A DNA stretch of 64,000 bases from Tubiluchus corallicola (taxonomy: Eukaryota; Animalia; Priapulida): contig JAQGDQ010000445.1 of NCBI GenBank assembly GCA_030141605.1, positions 124,001 to 188,000 on the forward strand, read 5' to 3'. The notes beneath the pieces are model-generated. The model saw only the letters and a program-made list of their open reading frames with translations, had not been told where the DNA came from and did not search any database. The translations under genes and the position numbers were made by a program. Positions 12,981 through 26,869 of this stretch are shown piece after piece; the first letter of the stretch is position 1, and each line of letters begins with the position of its first letter.

Positions 12981-14168
12981 AGGCAGCACAACTTGGTTTT
13001 CGATCACTAATACACGGGATAACAAAATTACAAAAATTAGCGAAGTGTCATTCCCTAAATACAGCATTATAAGTTTCCTAAAGATCAGCACGTGTACAAG
13101 TATGTAACTCCACAGTCAGAAGAGTGCAGTTCGATACTCTTTCTATCACTTCATTTCTCATTACATACTCTTTTTTTATTAAACACTGCACTTCGATAAA
13201 CTGCATTCATAAAGTTTAAATTAAAGCATAATAAAATCAAATTTACAAATTTAAAACTCTAGTAGTAAATTCTGAGTTAAACTAAAAAGACAGAAGTAAA
13301 TCTTTTACTTATTTGCTTTCTTAGGTGTCAAATATTTACTAATCTGATTGCCTAGAAGTCTGTCTCTACATGTGGTTAAATTTTATCTTAATAAAGCAGT
13401 ACTTCTTATCAATAAACAGCGGTGACTGGAGATGCGTGATTTATTCTTACTTTGTAAGAATTTCTAGAATAAGAACCCAACACGATCTAACATTCGTTAA
13501 ATAAGCTCTTATACTATTCAAAAAATCAAAATTTAAACGCCAAAAAGTTTGTTTTAACATAAAATACATGGCAGTCACGATAAAGCAAACCTGTAGCTTT
13601 TTTAATTCCACAAAAATGCGTAAAATTGTTATTGCGTTTCGTCCCGAGTTTCCAATTCTTTCTCCAACATCAAACACTTGGTAATTGCTCGCATGCTCTT
13701 GTTATGACGAATATAAACCCATAAGCTTAAATCAGAACTCCACGGTGGGTTTTCCTTCGCGGCTTTTGACCACAATTTAAGTAAATAAGTGGCAATGAAC
13801 GCACGCACCGAAACGAGGCCATTCTACAGTCTATAATAGCTGCATAAATACGTGCTGCATATGACAGCTAATGTTTTACCAATGAAATATCCTTATCCAC
13901 TGTTTCAGTGGTTCAAAGAGAAATTGATACACTTACCACTGCTGCCGAACGGAGGAGTAACGATCGAAAACGTTAGTCAAATAATTTAGAATGGTCGTTT
14001 TTGTTTAGTGCTTGGAATTGTAAAGTGAATTGTCTTTACAAAGGTAATTTTTATGGTGTACAAGTCAGATGAAAGCACTTCAAAAACAATGGCACTCATC
14101 ACTCGTGAACTGAAAAGGGATGACCAGTGTTGTTCACGTTAGGACCAATGCGTTAGATGGTTAGACAC

Positions 14169-14619
14169 TGGAAACAATGGTGATTGAAAAATCAAAACAA
14201 ATACGTCGACGTGGAAGACTTAATTCAGTTGTGCAACAATGAAGTTCAAAGTACAAACAATTAAATCTTATTCCAAAAACAATGCGTGCGTTTATAAAAA
14301 AAACAATGGAATGGCAAATCAAATCAAACACACATGAACATTCTATTATCTTCAAATGGAATTATCCAACAATGATTATTTCCAAGTAATTTACATTTTA
14401 ATAACTTATGCATTAATTTCCATAAATTTATAAATTGCACAAATGCATAAATTAATAAATTGATGTCAATGATCCACCGTTTGACTGCCCACTTTTTTGA
14501 CATACATTGCTTTTTGAATAAGCCTCAACTGTACTCTCTGCAGCTCACTGTTGCACAACGGACTCTTGTTTTTCCACTTAGACGAATTTGTTTTGATTTT
14601 TCAATCGCCATTGTTTCCC
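14169..14619. mobile_element. MITE with ~120-bp imperfect TIRs
   Basis: GGAAACAATGGTGATTGAAAAATCAAAACAAAT... versus ...ATTTGTTTTGATTTTTCAATCGCCATTGTTTCCC. Both strands give the pseudo-peptide RRICFDFSI.IVS in the ORF track. Confidence 0.82.
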
Positions 14620-15689
14620 TAACTACGTCTCTGATACACTCGAGTACACGAACAAGATCGACTACTTATTACTGACTTTAAAACTCCAACTTGATTTAAA
14701 ATTTGCTTTTTGCTTACCTCTCAACTTCTGATTATTACTGTAATTATTTTTACTGTACAGATTGTTGTAATTTTCTAAATTTCCATGATAAAAGTACAGT
14801 ATACTTACTATCAATGCACTATGTGTGCCCGTGGGTAATTAATGTGCAATAATTGGATAAATAAAAAACCAAAGGTTATCTGACGTTCCATAACATACAA
14901 ACGAACATATTTACAAACTGATAAAAAATCATGTAGCATTTCACCGTGAAATCACAAATGCGCATCATAAAACCACCTCCCTGCAACCTACTTACACCTC
15001 AAGCCTTTAGGAGCGCCCTGTAGAGAGCTTAAAAAGGTGCCACTACTGCTCAATCATGCAGTGGTAATTGAAAAACTCCCCTTCACCACAGCCGAAGAAA
15101 CACCTATTCGCTTGTGGTAGCAGCCTGTAGGTAATAGGTAGCTGCCATAATTTATGGCTTGTGGTTTTGACATCTTTAACCAGCCTCTTATGTACAGCGA
15201 TGAATAATACAGTAGCTATACGACACTGCTGAGCTGTGAGCCTTGTACAGTAGGTACCATCGTAATATCAACGTGGATTCATTCCAACATTATACAATCA
15301 AAAATGTCTATATTCATTACTGGCGGGGTTGCTATAGCAACAGGTCAACTTCCTGCACGTTGTTGTGGTCTATGCTGATGTTGTTGAAGTCTATAAAGGA
15401 GGATTTCCACTCTCATCTAATTTTCCAAATTAAATTTGATTCAGAGAATTCAACAAAACTGGGAAATCTCACAATTCTGCAAAATTACTTCATTTAATTC
15501 CTTCAATTAAAATAATTAACACCGTTCCTGTTTCTTTTGTATTCTCTTCTTTCTTCTGTATAGATCATTTTCTTTGTTTTTCTTTCCTTAGTCATTTATT
15601 GCTGCTCTCTTATTTCCACAAGCTTTCCCTCAGTTTCACGTTCTTCCAATATACTGTGCGAAGATTCACTGGACTTAAACAGGAGGAAA

Positions 15690-16165
15690 AGCGAATTTTA
15701 AAAGTACTGTATATATGCCAAGAACTTTCCATTACTTAGCATAACGCCTACCTGCTTGAAATAATTATGTAATTGAAAAAGAAAATTCTTACTAATTTAA
15801 GATATTCACGCCACCTGGTAAAACAGCAGGGCATCGCCATCCCAGTGTGCACTACTCATTCACCAAAACACATTATTGATCTTACTGACAACAATAAAGT
15901 AATTTATACGTTCGCTTAGTTTGTGAAGAGTGTGCTGCAATTGTTCTGACTATTTTTCCAAATTTCACACTATGTCATTTAAACTTGTTTCAAACGATTT
16001 GCCGTTAAAATGGCTGTACCTATAATGGTTATCCAAAAAGTTTAAATTAACAAGTTCTATACAACTTTTTAACGCAATCCCGTATGCAATTAGCCAGCAT
16101 GTATAAGTGATATACAAATTTCATTACGAATTTTTAAGATTTATTAATGAAGAATGCTTTCTTGT
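15690..16165 (+). mobile_element. Kolobok-like family B, diverged copy
   Basis: Shares AAGAAAATTCTTA..AATTTAA..ATATTCAC.CCACCTGGTAAAAC...GTGCAC.ACT core with 3385-3770. Confidence 0.78.
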
Positions 16166-16167
16166 AT

Positions 16168-16549
16168 TTTATTAAACAAAGAACCTCTTTTCCTTATAGC
16201 CTGAGCAGGAACTCATAATGACTGATGGTAATTCAGTAATTGAAGTTACACAACAATAATTTGTCTCACGCTACAGCCACAATACCTACAAACATGAGAG
16301 CCAAATAAGGAAGCTAAAAATCCAATATTCAGCCGTGGATATAATAAATGTGTCACGTGATCAACAAGAATATAATGAAAACATATGAGAGAATCTGTCA
16401 CGCCACATCCAACGGCAGACCTTAAGTGCACTTAAATAGTTGTGGCGGGACAGACACCTATCAAACTATTTTGGCTGAACCTGCAAAGGGAATACTGAAC
16501 TCGCAGAACTGCCTTGTCGTAAGGTCGACTCTCTATACCACTATAGGCA
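16168..16549 (-). mobile_element. Probable tRNA-derived SINE
   Basis: Minus strand starts GCCTATAGTGGTATAG (A-box-like), then GAGTTCAGTATTCCC (degenerate B-box) at tRNA-like spacing; A-rich end at ~16170. Single copy in the window. Confidence 0.5.
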
Positions 16550-17462
16550 AACTAGGAAGCAAAATCCTGAACGTAATATTTTAACTAATAGAAACAATTA
16601 TTTGCGCTATTTTTCTGCTAAATTAAATCATGCAAGGCTGCTAACACGGAGCTCTCTTCTCTCAGCAAAACACTTTCTATACTTTTGCCTTAACTGACTT
16701 TCTAAAATTTCTATCAACAAAATTACGTAACCGTGTTAACTGCAGCAGATTGTCCTGTTAATACAAAGTTTCTTGCAAAAGCGTTTAATGAATACGATAG
16801 AAAAAGTGATAAGAGTCGAAACTTGTACAGGAAACCAAAGACAAAAAAAACGTCGGACGAAAAAACCCAAAAAAGTGTCTGCTAATGAAATATTTGCAGT
16901 CAGATCAGATTTATGGTTGTGAAGAAAATGAAACTAGAAACTAGAAACTAGAAAATGATTACACACGAAAAAGAGAAGTTATAAGGTTTCAAAACTGTTC
17001 TGATGAACATGCAGAGTTAAGCACGGTAGGCAAAAACAGGTACACGAACAGTTTCCATCTGAAACTGCAGAATTTTTTATTGCTCCTCAAGACTCGGGAT
17101 GCAGAATGGTGTCACAAGTTGAATTTCGAATGAAATCAGCACAAGATGTAGATATACAATTAACTATACTTAATTAGTACATTATAATACATTGTATGAA
17201 TAAGCTTAACAGAAAGGATAACTGGCGCTAAAAATACTTTTTTGCGTAGGGTGTGAACTACCTATTTTACCAGGCCAAGACCTACCCATGGACATCAAAA
17301 TACAGTTTCGTCTCTATGGCAGATCTTGCGTCGATTAGTATGACCTATTTCAGTTTGTAAAAATTAGATTTCCTGAACTTAGGATGACGGATAAACTAGC
17401 TAAGACTTCAGTAACAGCAAAGACTTCATTCACGTTATACATTAGCAGTAGCATACAAGCAA

Positions 17463-17937
17463 TTTACTGTCACTAGTGCTGTGTTTTTGAACTATCTATC
17501 TTTGTAACTATATTGTTGATAACCTGTTGTATACATCTGTTCTCAACAAAAATGTATTTGTTGCTTTACTGTCATTAGTGCTGTGTTTTTGAACTATCTA
17601 TCTATGTAACTATATTGTTGATAACTTGTTGTATACATCTGTTCTCAAATAAAATGTATTTGTTGCTTTACTGTCATTAGTGCTGTGTTTTTGAACTATC
17701 TATCTATGTAACTATATTGTTGAAAACTTGTTGTATACATCTATTCTCAACTAAAATGTATTTGTTGCGCAGTGGAAAAACTCCGATTAGTAATATCACG
17801 GTATGAAAATCCACTTAAAATAAATAAAGTCCATATATATATATGTAAAGAAATGCGCCCGGAGGTAGCCGTCATTCATTAGAAAATTATGACGTAACTG
17901 GTGAACTCCGTGATTATTCGTAAGCGCATCGTAGCTT
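17463..17937 (+). repeat. Interspersed repeat family D with internal 102-bp unit tandemly triplicated (17463-17768)
   Basis: Reverse-complement matches at 58059-58303 and 49786-49918 (GTGGAAAAACTCCGAT.AGTAATAT; ATTCATTAGAAAATTATGACGT.ACTGGTGAACTCCGTGA). Confidence 0.85.
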
Positions 17938-18829
17938 ATACGTATAATACGTATATACATGCATATATTATACTGTATATAATAAAATTTGTGCGGTTTT
18001 ACGCTCTACAAAAGAAAATTAACGCTAATAGATTCAAGATTCAATTAGTTGTCGGAATATATGACTAGCATAATTGGTAATCTTCAAACGTTTACGTGAA
18101 ATAAATGCAGACTTAAAAAAAATGCTTGCCGAATAAAAAAAACATCAATTTTTGCATGATTCAGGTTCATCGCATGCCAGCTCTATTCATGCCTTTCTGA
18201 GTGGTATATTTTTTAAATTTCACTGGATTACAAATTCTCCCTGCACGTTCTACGCAAATTTCTTTCGTGCTGGCGTTCATCGCAAACGTTCATCGTTTAA
18301 GCGTCAGTCACGAATCGGCGATGTTTTCTCAAACAGCCTCTCTATAAACATTCCAATATGGCGGCCGCCTATACACACGCCGGGCACATCTGAGAAGAGA
18401 TTTACACGTCTTATAAACACTCACAAACAAACTCGAGAAAGCGCATAGAGGAACTAAATGCGTCGAGCGCATAAGAGAGCGTACTTTTAAGCAAACTTAG
18501 TATTTATACGTACCGTGGTTGAATCAGTTTAATGAACTCGAATCATTTCCTTTCTTATCAGCAAGATTATCGTCCAAAATAAAATTCTAACACACGAATT
18601 GTACCCATGCAGTCTCAGCTCAGACTAGCGATAAAATGTAGTCTGTACCACGTGTCTGTGGGGGTGTGGGGGGGGGGGGGGGGGTCGGCACATCCATGTT
18701 TTTAAGCAATTAATCTTAAGCAACTTTTTAAGCAACTAACAATTAATAGTTAAAAATATTGTACACATGTAATAAAAGACGCTTAAGCAGACATTATTCA
18801 GCTGTCAACAGTAATCTAGTTGTTCCATA

Positions 18830-18992
<163 letters not shown>

Positions 18993-19009
18993 TCCCATCA
19001 TTACTTCAG

Positions 19010-19110
19010 TCTGGGAGGTCATGAGTTCGATACAGCAGCAGAGTCATATCAAAGACTTTAAAAATGGTGCCTGTTGTTGCCCTGCCTGGCACGTGGTATT
19101 TAGGGTAAAA
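19010..19110 (+). mobile_element. tRNA-derived SINE fragment with Meta/MESC-like core
   Basis: B-box GAGTTCGATAC followed by GAGTCATATCAAAGACTTTAAAAATGGTGCCTGTTGTTGCCCTGCCTGGCAC, which resembles my recollection of the MetaSINE central domain. Confidence 0.65.
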
Positions 19111-22100
19111 GTGGGGCTATAATAGTCTCTGTTATATAGGTGTAGATTTGTTATTTACAGTTGGCGATAATAGCTCTTTCAGCTAATGTTAATTGTTGAC
19201 TCAAAAGCCGAGTTTAATTTTTCTTCTACATACAGAACACGAATCAAATTGCTAACTCGACAGGTACGTTTGTATCAAGTGTAAGAAAATTTCAAAACAA
19301 CGATGGCTGATCACTGAAACAGAATAACAATTTCTACTTTCGCATGTAGCCTATTTCACTTAGACCCTATAATAGCTGATACACACTGAAGTACACTAAT
19401 ACATAATAATAACGTAATTAATACACACAGTAACGTAATAATGATAACAATACTCATAATCATGCACATTTTCCAAGCATGCGTGGCGAGTATCTCCCAG
19501 TAAACAAAAGAGCATCCCATACGTGTTTATCACCTCTATTATACGTATTATCATCTGTGGTCAAAGGTCCCGTGAATCAGCAGCTCTGCATAGCAATATG
19601 GCTGCTGTACATGAACTAGAGAGGTCCTACAGCCACACAGAGTAAAATTATTCGTATCACGGCACCAACTAACCCATAATCAAACCCCAGACAACAACCT
19701 CCGTAACATGCCCTCTTACCTATTAGCCTAAAATGACCACCTTTTGTTTACACTACATACAATTATACAGTCCAGGCTAATCTGCCTGCAGAATTTATTC
19801 ATTCGTAATAACAACTGCAATATAGTTAAGTGTTTTCCCCAACCCGTGTGCATATTATACCCTAGCTGCATAACAACCTTCAATTTCAGTAAAATGAGTC
19901 ACCGTTTTAACGTCGCCATTAATGTGATGTATTGTCTAGATGAGGCAAAACAAAATTTATCAGACAGGCACAGCAAAACATTTGGATAAGATTGCAGGAT
20001 ATTATAAAGATTAGCTTAATATATACTGCTAATTTAAGACCCGCAGTCATGCAGAAGGTTCAAGAAATAAATGAACGTATAATAAGAAAGAAAAAAGCGC
20101 TCCTAAAGATATTTTTTAAATGAAAAATGGGTTAAAACTTATTTCAGCGACATCTGCACAAATTCTTTAAATTTCAAACCAAATCATGCATTGAACAAAA
20201 TCACGGATAATTTTAGTAAGCAATCAGTCTTTAATTTGTGTACAAAAGCAAAAGCTCAGAGTGCTTAAGCCTGAAAAGCAACAATAAAAACTGACGAAAT
20301 CTGATACAGAAAGAAACAAAATTCACTTGCTTTCTATAAATTGTAATTTTGTCCTTACTGTAATCTCATGAGATGCAGAACTGCTAAGACTATATACACT
20401 AAGTGCAGGATGTTTAAAAACAAGATAGTCACAAATAAACAAAACGAAAAAGCACATTCTATTTACCATGCTTTCTAGTGTTCAATTACAGGACGAGCAT
20501 TAAACACGTATCAATAATTATTATTTTCCAGGAACGTAACAGAGCAACATTCAAAACTCACAGACCTAAACAAGCACTTTTAATGTATTCAGTTATGTAC
20601 AATGAACGTTTAAAGTTTAAAACGGTTTTCCGCAAGGTTGTGTTCTAAGACCTTCTTTCTTTTTTACCTATATTACTTATTATTACTGCTATAGTGCTAT
20701 GTTCAGTTTTGCATAGAGCATGCAGTGACAGATCACTTTTTATTGTTTATTCTAACAAAAACATGGTTGTACGTGTATTAAGCTTAAGCGTATTGCACAA
20801 ATTCAATCCGAAGGCACAGACAAAGCAGTACATTATATCACTCTGCTGAACGTAGGTCTGCTAATTGAAGCTCAACTCAAGAGTCATGGCGACGGATTAC
20901 AAGTAGATAATGTAGAGTGCAGTCAGCAAGAGTGCGATTGATATAATCACAGCACTAAGCTGCGATACCGCAAGTCGAAAATTTTCCAATGAAGACTGGC
21001 GTCTTTAATGATAGCGCCTGATGAAGAAAATTACTCTAAATAAGATAATTACTAGGTGCATCAAATATCTTCAAATAATTTCATGAACGAATCTGCAGTA
21101 TTAAGACGACTTTCTGAAATCAATAAACTTGCGTATAACTAAATCATGTGCTAATTTCATATCAAAAAAGAACAAAAGACCTACTTTGTCTTTTCAAAAA
21201 CAAAGGAATAAACTTCTAAAACAAAGCTGAAAGTGTTCTACTAAAATATCATTATATACTATATAATGATATATTATATTATTATATGCACACAAATGCT
21301 TTCTGCTTGAGCAAAATAAAGAATTCTAAAATAAAATGTTTCGTCGTTACTCGGTATTTAAGAAATCAGCATTTCCTATAAAGAACCTATAATTAAAATA
21401 TTTTTATAATTAGCAATATAAATTTAAGTTTGCTTAAATTAATCAAAAAGTTCATTAAAATAAATTTTAAAAAAATGAGGGCAGTATAACCTGTATACTT
21501 TGAATTACTTTCATCCGTAAATTTAAATTTTAGCAGTTAATGTTTAGTGAAAGCAGGAACCTACAATTTAAACGCAAATTACATTGCTGCTGAGCAAAAG
21601 AACCAGTGAAACCCAAAGATCAACATTGCTTGTAGCACCAAAGTGTAAAAGAAAATTTATTGCCCATTACGTTACCTTAATAAAAAGCAAGCAAATAAAC
21701 TTATTCATAAATAGGAACCATGTTTATAATAATTTACAGATCTAGTAACCTACTTACACAAATAAAAATATATACACTTGCATTTAGTCTGGACAAGTAA
21801 TAATATTCTTAGGCAGTTGTTAGAATGCCTATGGATCTCGTACTGAAATTAAAACTGGGCATAAGTATCAGGCCGTTTATATATTATGAACTTTAAAACT
21901 GTTTTATATAAGCTACGCTGGGCTGTGATAATGAAAATGGGAAGGTCACAAGTACAACATTGCAAGACAACATAATGTTCAGAAATTTTGCGCTAATTAT
22001 ATTCTCTGGTGAATGTTCCCTGGTAATTTTTCGAGTTGATATTCGATGATTTATTTTCTGTTTTTGATTATCGCACTACGACTGGTTTTAAGTACATTTT

Positions 22101-22329
22101 ATATTACTGGTCCTTTCGTTTCACTGAGCAACAAAGAGATATTAAATTATTACAAAAATAAGTTTAATTCATTTAGTTTTTTATAAGCAAAAGTTGCAAA
22201 GCATGCGCATTAATTCTACGTGTGAAGAATAGTTTGCCTTTGAGAACAACTTATGCTCAATACAAGGACACAGTTTTGTTTACTGAAATAAGTGAAGAAA
22301 CATTGTTTTCATAATTGATTTCGTATTGT

Positions 22330-22945
22330 TCAATTGTTTAGGGCTAAACAATGTTCAAATTTGACATCGCACGCGATCAACTTCACATTGTCTATTCAAA
22401 CATTACAGTATAGCAAAAAACAGTACACATAACAATGGTCATAGTAAATTAGTAACTTCACACTGTTCCCTATTGTACGTGCTGCTATATTGTCTATTGT
22501 TCTCTATTGTAGGGTCCCACACACATGTACTGAAATAAACAATGTTCACAACTAACTTCACATTGTTCCAATATTTGTATGCCCTTATATAACACTGCCT
22601 ATGAAAACCATACTCGAACTTCGCATTGCAAAACACTAGTGATGATACTACAGTCGATACACAATTTTCGTTATAGAAACTTAGCATTGTTCTCTATTAT
22701 AGGCCATACGCCTACACCTATCAAACACTGAAACAATGCTTACAACTAACTTTGCATTGCTCCACGTTCTATATGTTGTATGGTAACTTCGCATTGTTCT
22801 CTATTATAGGCCATAGGCCTACCCCTATCAAATACTGAAACAATGTTTAGTGTTTGGCATTGTTCCACGTTTTATAAGCTGTTTTATAACATTGCCTACT
22901 GAAACAAATAATCGATTTTAACTTTGCATTGTTCACGAAGCTTTG
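22330..22945. repeat. Highly degenerate tandem repeat
   Basis: Recurring AACTTC(A/G)CATTGTTC, CATTGTTCTCTATTATAGGCC and ACTGAAACAATG motifs. Confidence 0.7.
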
Positions 22946-23829
22946 ACACTATCTTATTTACACTAGGATGAATCCCTGTAAATGGGTTGCCTATAACTTT
23001 TCGCGGATCTTTATTCGTTCCCCAATTTATTCCCGTTCCCAGCCGTCCCGTCACTAATAGACGTGGAATAAAAGTCAATTTTCCAGAAACCGCTCAAGTT
23101 GTCAAAATTACAGCTCAGCTCGTACACGCCAGCAGCATTTGCAAACCATCGCAATCACTGCTAATAACGAGGCCAGTCAGCTTCACTGTAGATCCCCAGC
23201 ACTCAAATGGCTTCATTTATAACAGCAAGCGCACACAACAGCAGCAGCAGCAGGATTTACAGCAGCTACGGCTTCAGCGCGATGGACAAGTTAAATTTCC
23301 TCCTCAAAAACAAATAAAGAAAAATAGAAACTACCGCGTGCTGCCGCGATGTTTTTGCCCTAAATTTGCGCGTTTAAAAACGTCCATGGCGGCCATCAAA
23401 GCTTGCCGAAAGCTGAGCAAAATACATAAAATTGCAGAAAAACATGAATAGTAATGTACGCGGGCGAAAATCAAGTATTTTTTCTGAGAGAAACGGCGCA
23501 GTTAAACCGAGCATAAAAATGCAAAATAGCAAAGTGTTATACACGATAAGATCCAGTTTATATGTCAAGTTATCGAACGTTTATTTCCGAGGAGGCAGCG
23601 CATGTTGATAATGAGTTTTTTACTAGCGTTTAAGTAATTTAAAGCAGACAATTCTTGTACATGTTAGCACTGTGTAAACCAGCATTACGCCAGGACTTGC
23701 GCCACTTTGTATGGGACATTGTGGTGGAACCGGGACCTGTAGTTGGCGAAGTGAAAGATGGACCCAAGTTCCAATAAAAATAAAAATTCAGAAAGTCTCT
23801 GAGATTTTAAACAATTAATAGACAAAGGG

Positions 23830-24122
23830 TAAAAAGGCAATTTTAAAGTGCATCTTAAAAAGTTTCCATTAAAAATTATATTACTTAGCATTACGTTTAA
23901 CCTATGTGAAACAGTTGCGTAATTGGAAAAGAAAATTCTTAGTAATTTAAAATATACGCGCCACCTAGTAAGACGCCACTGGGTCACCTTCACAGTGTGC
24001 ACCACTGACTCTCCAAAAACGTATTTTTAATCTTGTTCACACGATACAATAATTTAAGTTAGCGAAGTATGTGCCAAGAATGCTCTGATTAGTTTTCAAA
24101 TTTTGCGCAACGTTATCTAGAC
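23830..24122 (+). mobile_element. Kolobok-like family B, internal fragment
   Basis: Homology to the other B copies. Confidence 0.72.
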
Positions 24123-24188
24123 ACGAAAGCAGCAAATATTTTTTGTCCAGATTCAAATAAAAACGCAACGAGGTAAATGAATGAGGCA

Positions 24189-24367
24189 GTGTCATGCAGT
24201 ATGACAGACAAACCCTTCCAAAAAAAACCCGACCCCTTCCTAGAGGTCGGTGTCATGCAGTATGACAGACAAACCTGTCAAAAAAACCCGACCCCTTCCT
24301 AGAGGTCGGTGTCATGCAGTATGACAGACAAACCCGTCAATAAAAAACCCGACCCCTTCCTGGAGGT
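24189..24367. repeat. Tandem repeat, ~60-bp unit x3
   Basis: GTGTCATGCAGTATGACAGACAAACC..AAAAAAACCCGACCCCTTCCTAGAGGTCG. Confidence 0.93.
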
Positions 24368-25673
24368 GGCTTTTCATTTACTAGTCAGGCGGCAACTTCG
24401 ATCACACCGTGACCGTTCCGCTATTTTCCTAGAACAATATTGTGAAAAATTTAGTTTATTGTAAGCCTAAAAACCCAACAATAAAAATTTAATAATGATG
24501 ATGATGATGACAATATAGGCCTCGAAAACAAAAACAAAATCAGTGATATTATTTTAAGATAATTATTAATAAAAATAAAAAGACATGACATTAATTGAAC
24601 GGATATTATTAAAACAAACACCACAAATATGCCAGTAACTAGGATACTGGCATACCAGGTCATCAGTACAATCAACATTGCACGCACAATGCTGTACGAT
24701 TTTTTAATTAATCAGTCAAAATTAAACATAAATATGCATTTGTGTTCAGAACTGAATCATTACGAAAATGCCATTTTCTAATAAGGATAAATAAATTATG
24801 GATAGAATAGAGATGAGGTTGTAACTAATCATATTTCTTGTCGCTGATACAGTATAATATAAAATTCATCTACGGACAAAGGCATACAAAACACTTTTAT
24901 TTTTTATTTGTGTTAAATTACGAGAATTAAGGTATACAAAATTATTATTTTTAATGCGTTCAGCCTTTCAGTTTTGCTTAAATCGAAAAAACTTCTCATT
25001 AAACCAACTTTAATTATAAAGTGAAACTATGGGCCTACGCGATGTTTTGAAAGCATGATTAATGTACAGGAAAGTGCAAAATAAATCGTATTTGAACCAG
25101 TCAAGCAACTAAACATCACTCTGTGATAACACTGTGATGAAAAAATATCTATAGACAAGAACGTCGAGGAGTGAGTATGTAAGCCTATATAAGACACTGT
25201 TTATAAATGAACGAATGTTCATTTGCTGACATAAACCTGTATTCTAGACTGATATAGACATAAAATAATATGGCAGTATTGTCATTTATGGCTACTGTTA
25301 CCTTGAAAATTGACAGCAGCTACAACAATATCTGAACAAAGTTTGGCCTCTCAAGTTACGCTGCTACGCTCAAACTGTATGCAATAAAATTGTGTATATG
25401 CTAGCTATTAAAGACTCTTTACTTGTCTCTTATCTGGACAATATTGTATTTGTATTTACATTAACGGATAATTACATTTATATTGGTGACATGATAAATC
25501 AATCAATCAATGATTTGTGCCACCTTAACAAGCCAAGCTTTCAAGGTGTCATACAGCAACTCTTTTAATTGGTTAATTTGACTTCATCAACGTTTTTTTA
25601 CCTATACTGTTTCTTTTTGTTTCAATAATATTGTATGTTGATGTATTGTATATGTATTGCTCGAGTGAAATAA

Positions 25674-25920
<247 letters not shown>

Positions 25921-26167
25921 ATTTATCAATTGCATTTATTCGTGTCACTAAGAATCATATCTTTGTTATTTTGAGTAATATGGCGTTTCGGTTTAGAATT
26001 TCATTATAACTTTACACTATTCCCGTGACTCGGGATGACACGTTTCTAGCCTTCCTTCGTTTCTGGAACTTTCATCGTCCGTTTCACTTTCATTAAGACG
26101 CTAACTCGTGTTCATTCATTGACTAACAGTGACTAACTCCTGTTCATTCATTGACTAACAGACTTAA

Positions 26168-26631
26168 CCCTTTCAGTCCCAAATTATTTTTTATAAGAAA
26201 AATTTTTTTGGCTTGCTACTTTTGTTCAGTATATCCATGTTGTTTACACATAATAATTATTTTTTTCTACCTGTGTCCGCGTGCTAAATATAGCCTGCAT
26301 CCCACGGGATACATTGGGATTCAACGGAAGCATAAAATGTGCTTCATTTTGCAACTGCTGATAATTTTTTAAAGTATTTAAGACATTTAGTATGCATGCT
26401 GTGTTGATCTGTACAAAGTCGTCTCTAAAGTACTGTACCTTGAGCAGTTTTTTATGCTATGTAAATTTTCTAGTTTGTTTTTGACTTAAATTTTCCATTT
26501 TTAGTCTATTGTTATTGACTTAAATCAAAATAACTATTAACCGATCAAAGAACTGTCAGTTTTAAAATTTTATTGATTTTAAAGGCAAAAAATATTCTCG
26601 TATCCCATGGGATACAATGGGTATGAAAGGG
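26168..26631. mobile_element. piggyBac-like MITE
   Basis: TTAA on both sides; TIRs CCCTTTCAGTCCCA / TGGGTATGAAAGGG; CCC...GGG termini. Confidence 0.88.
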
Positions 26632-26869
26632 TTAAACTCCCCACTAAATGCCAGCAAACACCTCTTTAAAATCTGCATCGCATCTTTTGCTGTTGTACGT
26701 TATAAAAGTTTGGGCGCCCAAATCATTACGATTATTTAGATGCAGTGCAGAAATGGACAAACTCTTGAATTTTTGAACAGGCAACAAGAGACGTTTTACC
26801 AAAATCGAAACCAACACAAGTTTCAAGCAACCCAACGTGTTTTATCGAAGTCACAAAATTCGACCATTG

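Noticed and set aside
15104-15150. Hairpin GTGGTAGCAGCCT...AGGTAGCTGCCAT as a pre-miRNA
   Set aside because: Stem is only ~14 bp with mismatches and matches no conserved miRNA I recognise.
21911-21930. Reverse-strand similarity to the miR-2 5' end (TATCACAGCC)
   Set aside because: Only ~10 nt match, with no hairpin partner.
22987-23451. 154-aa ORF with a short poly-Q
   Set aside because: Non-ATG start, no known domain, and the Q run comes from a CAG microsatellite; treated as a candidate regulatory island.
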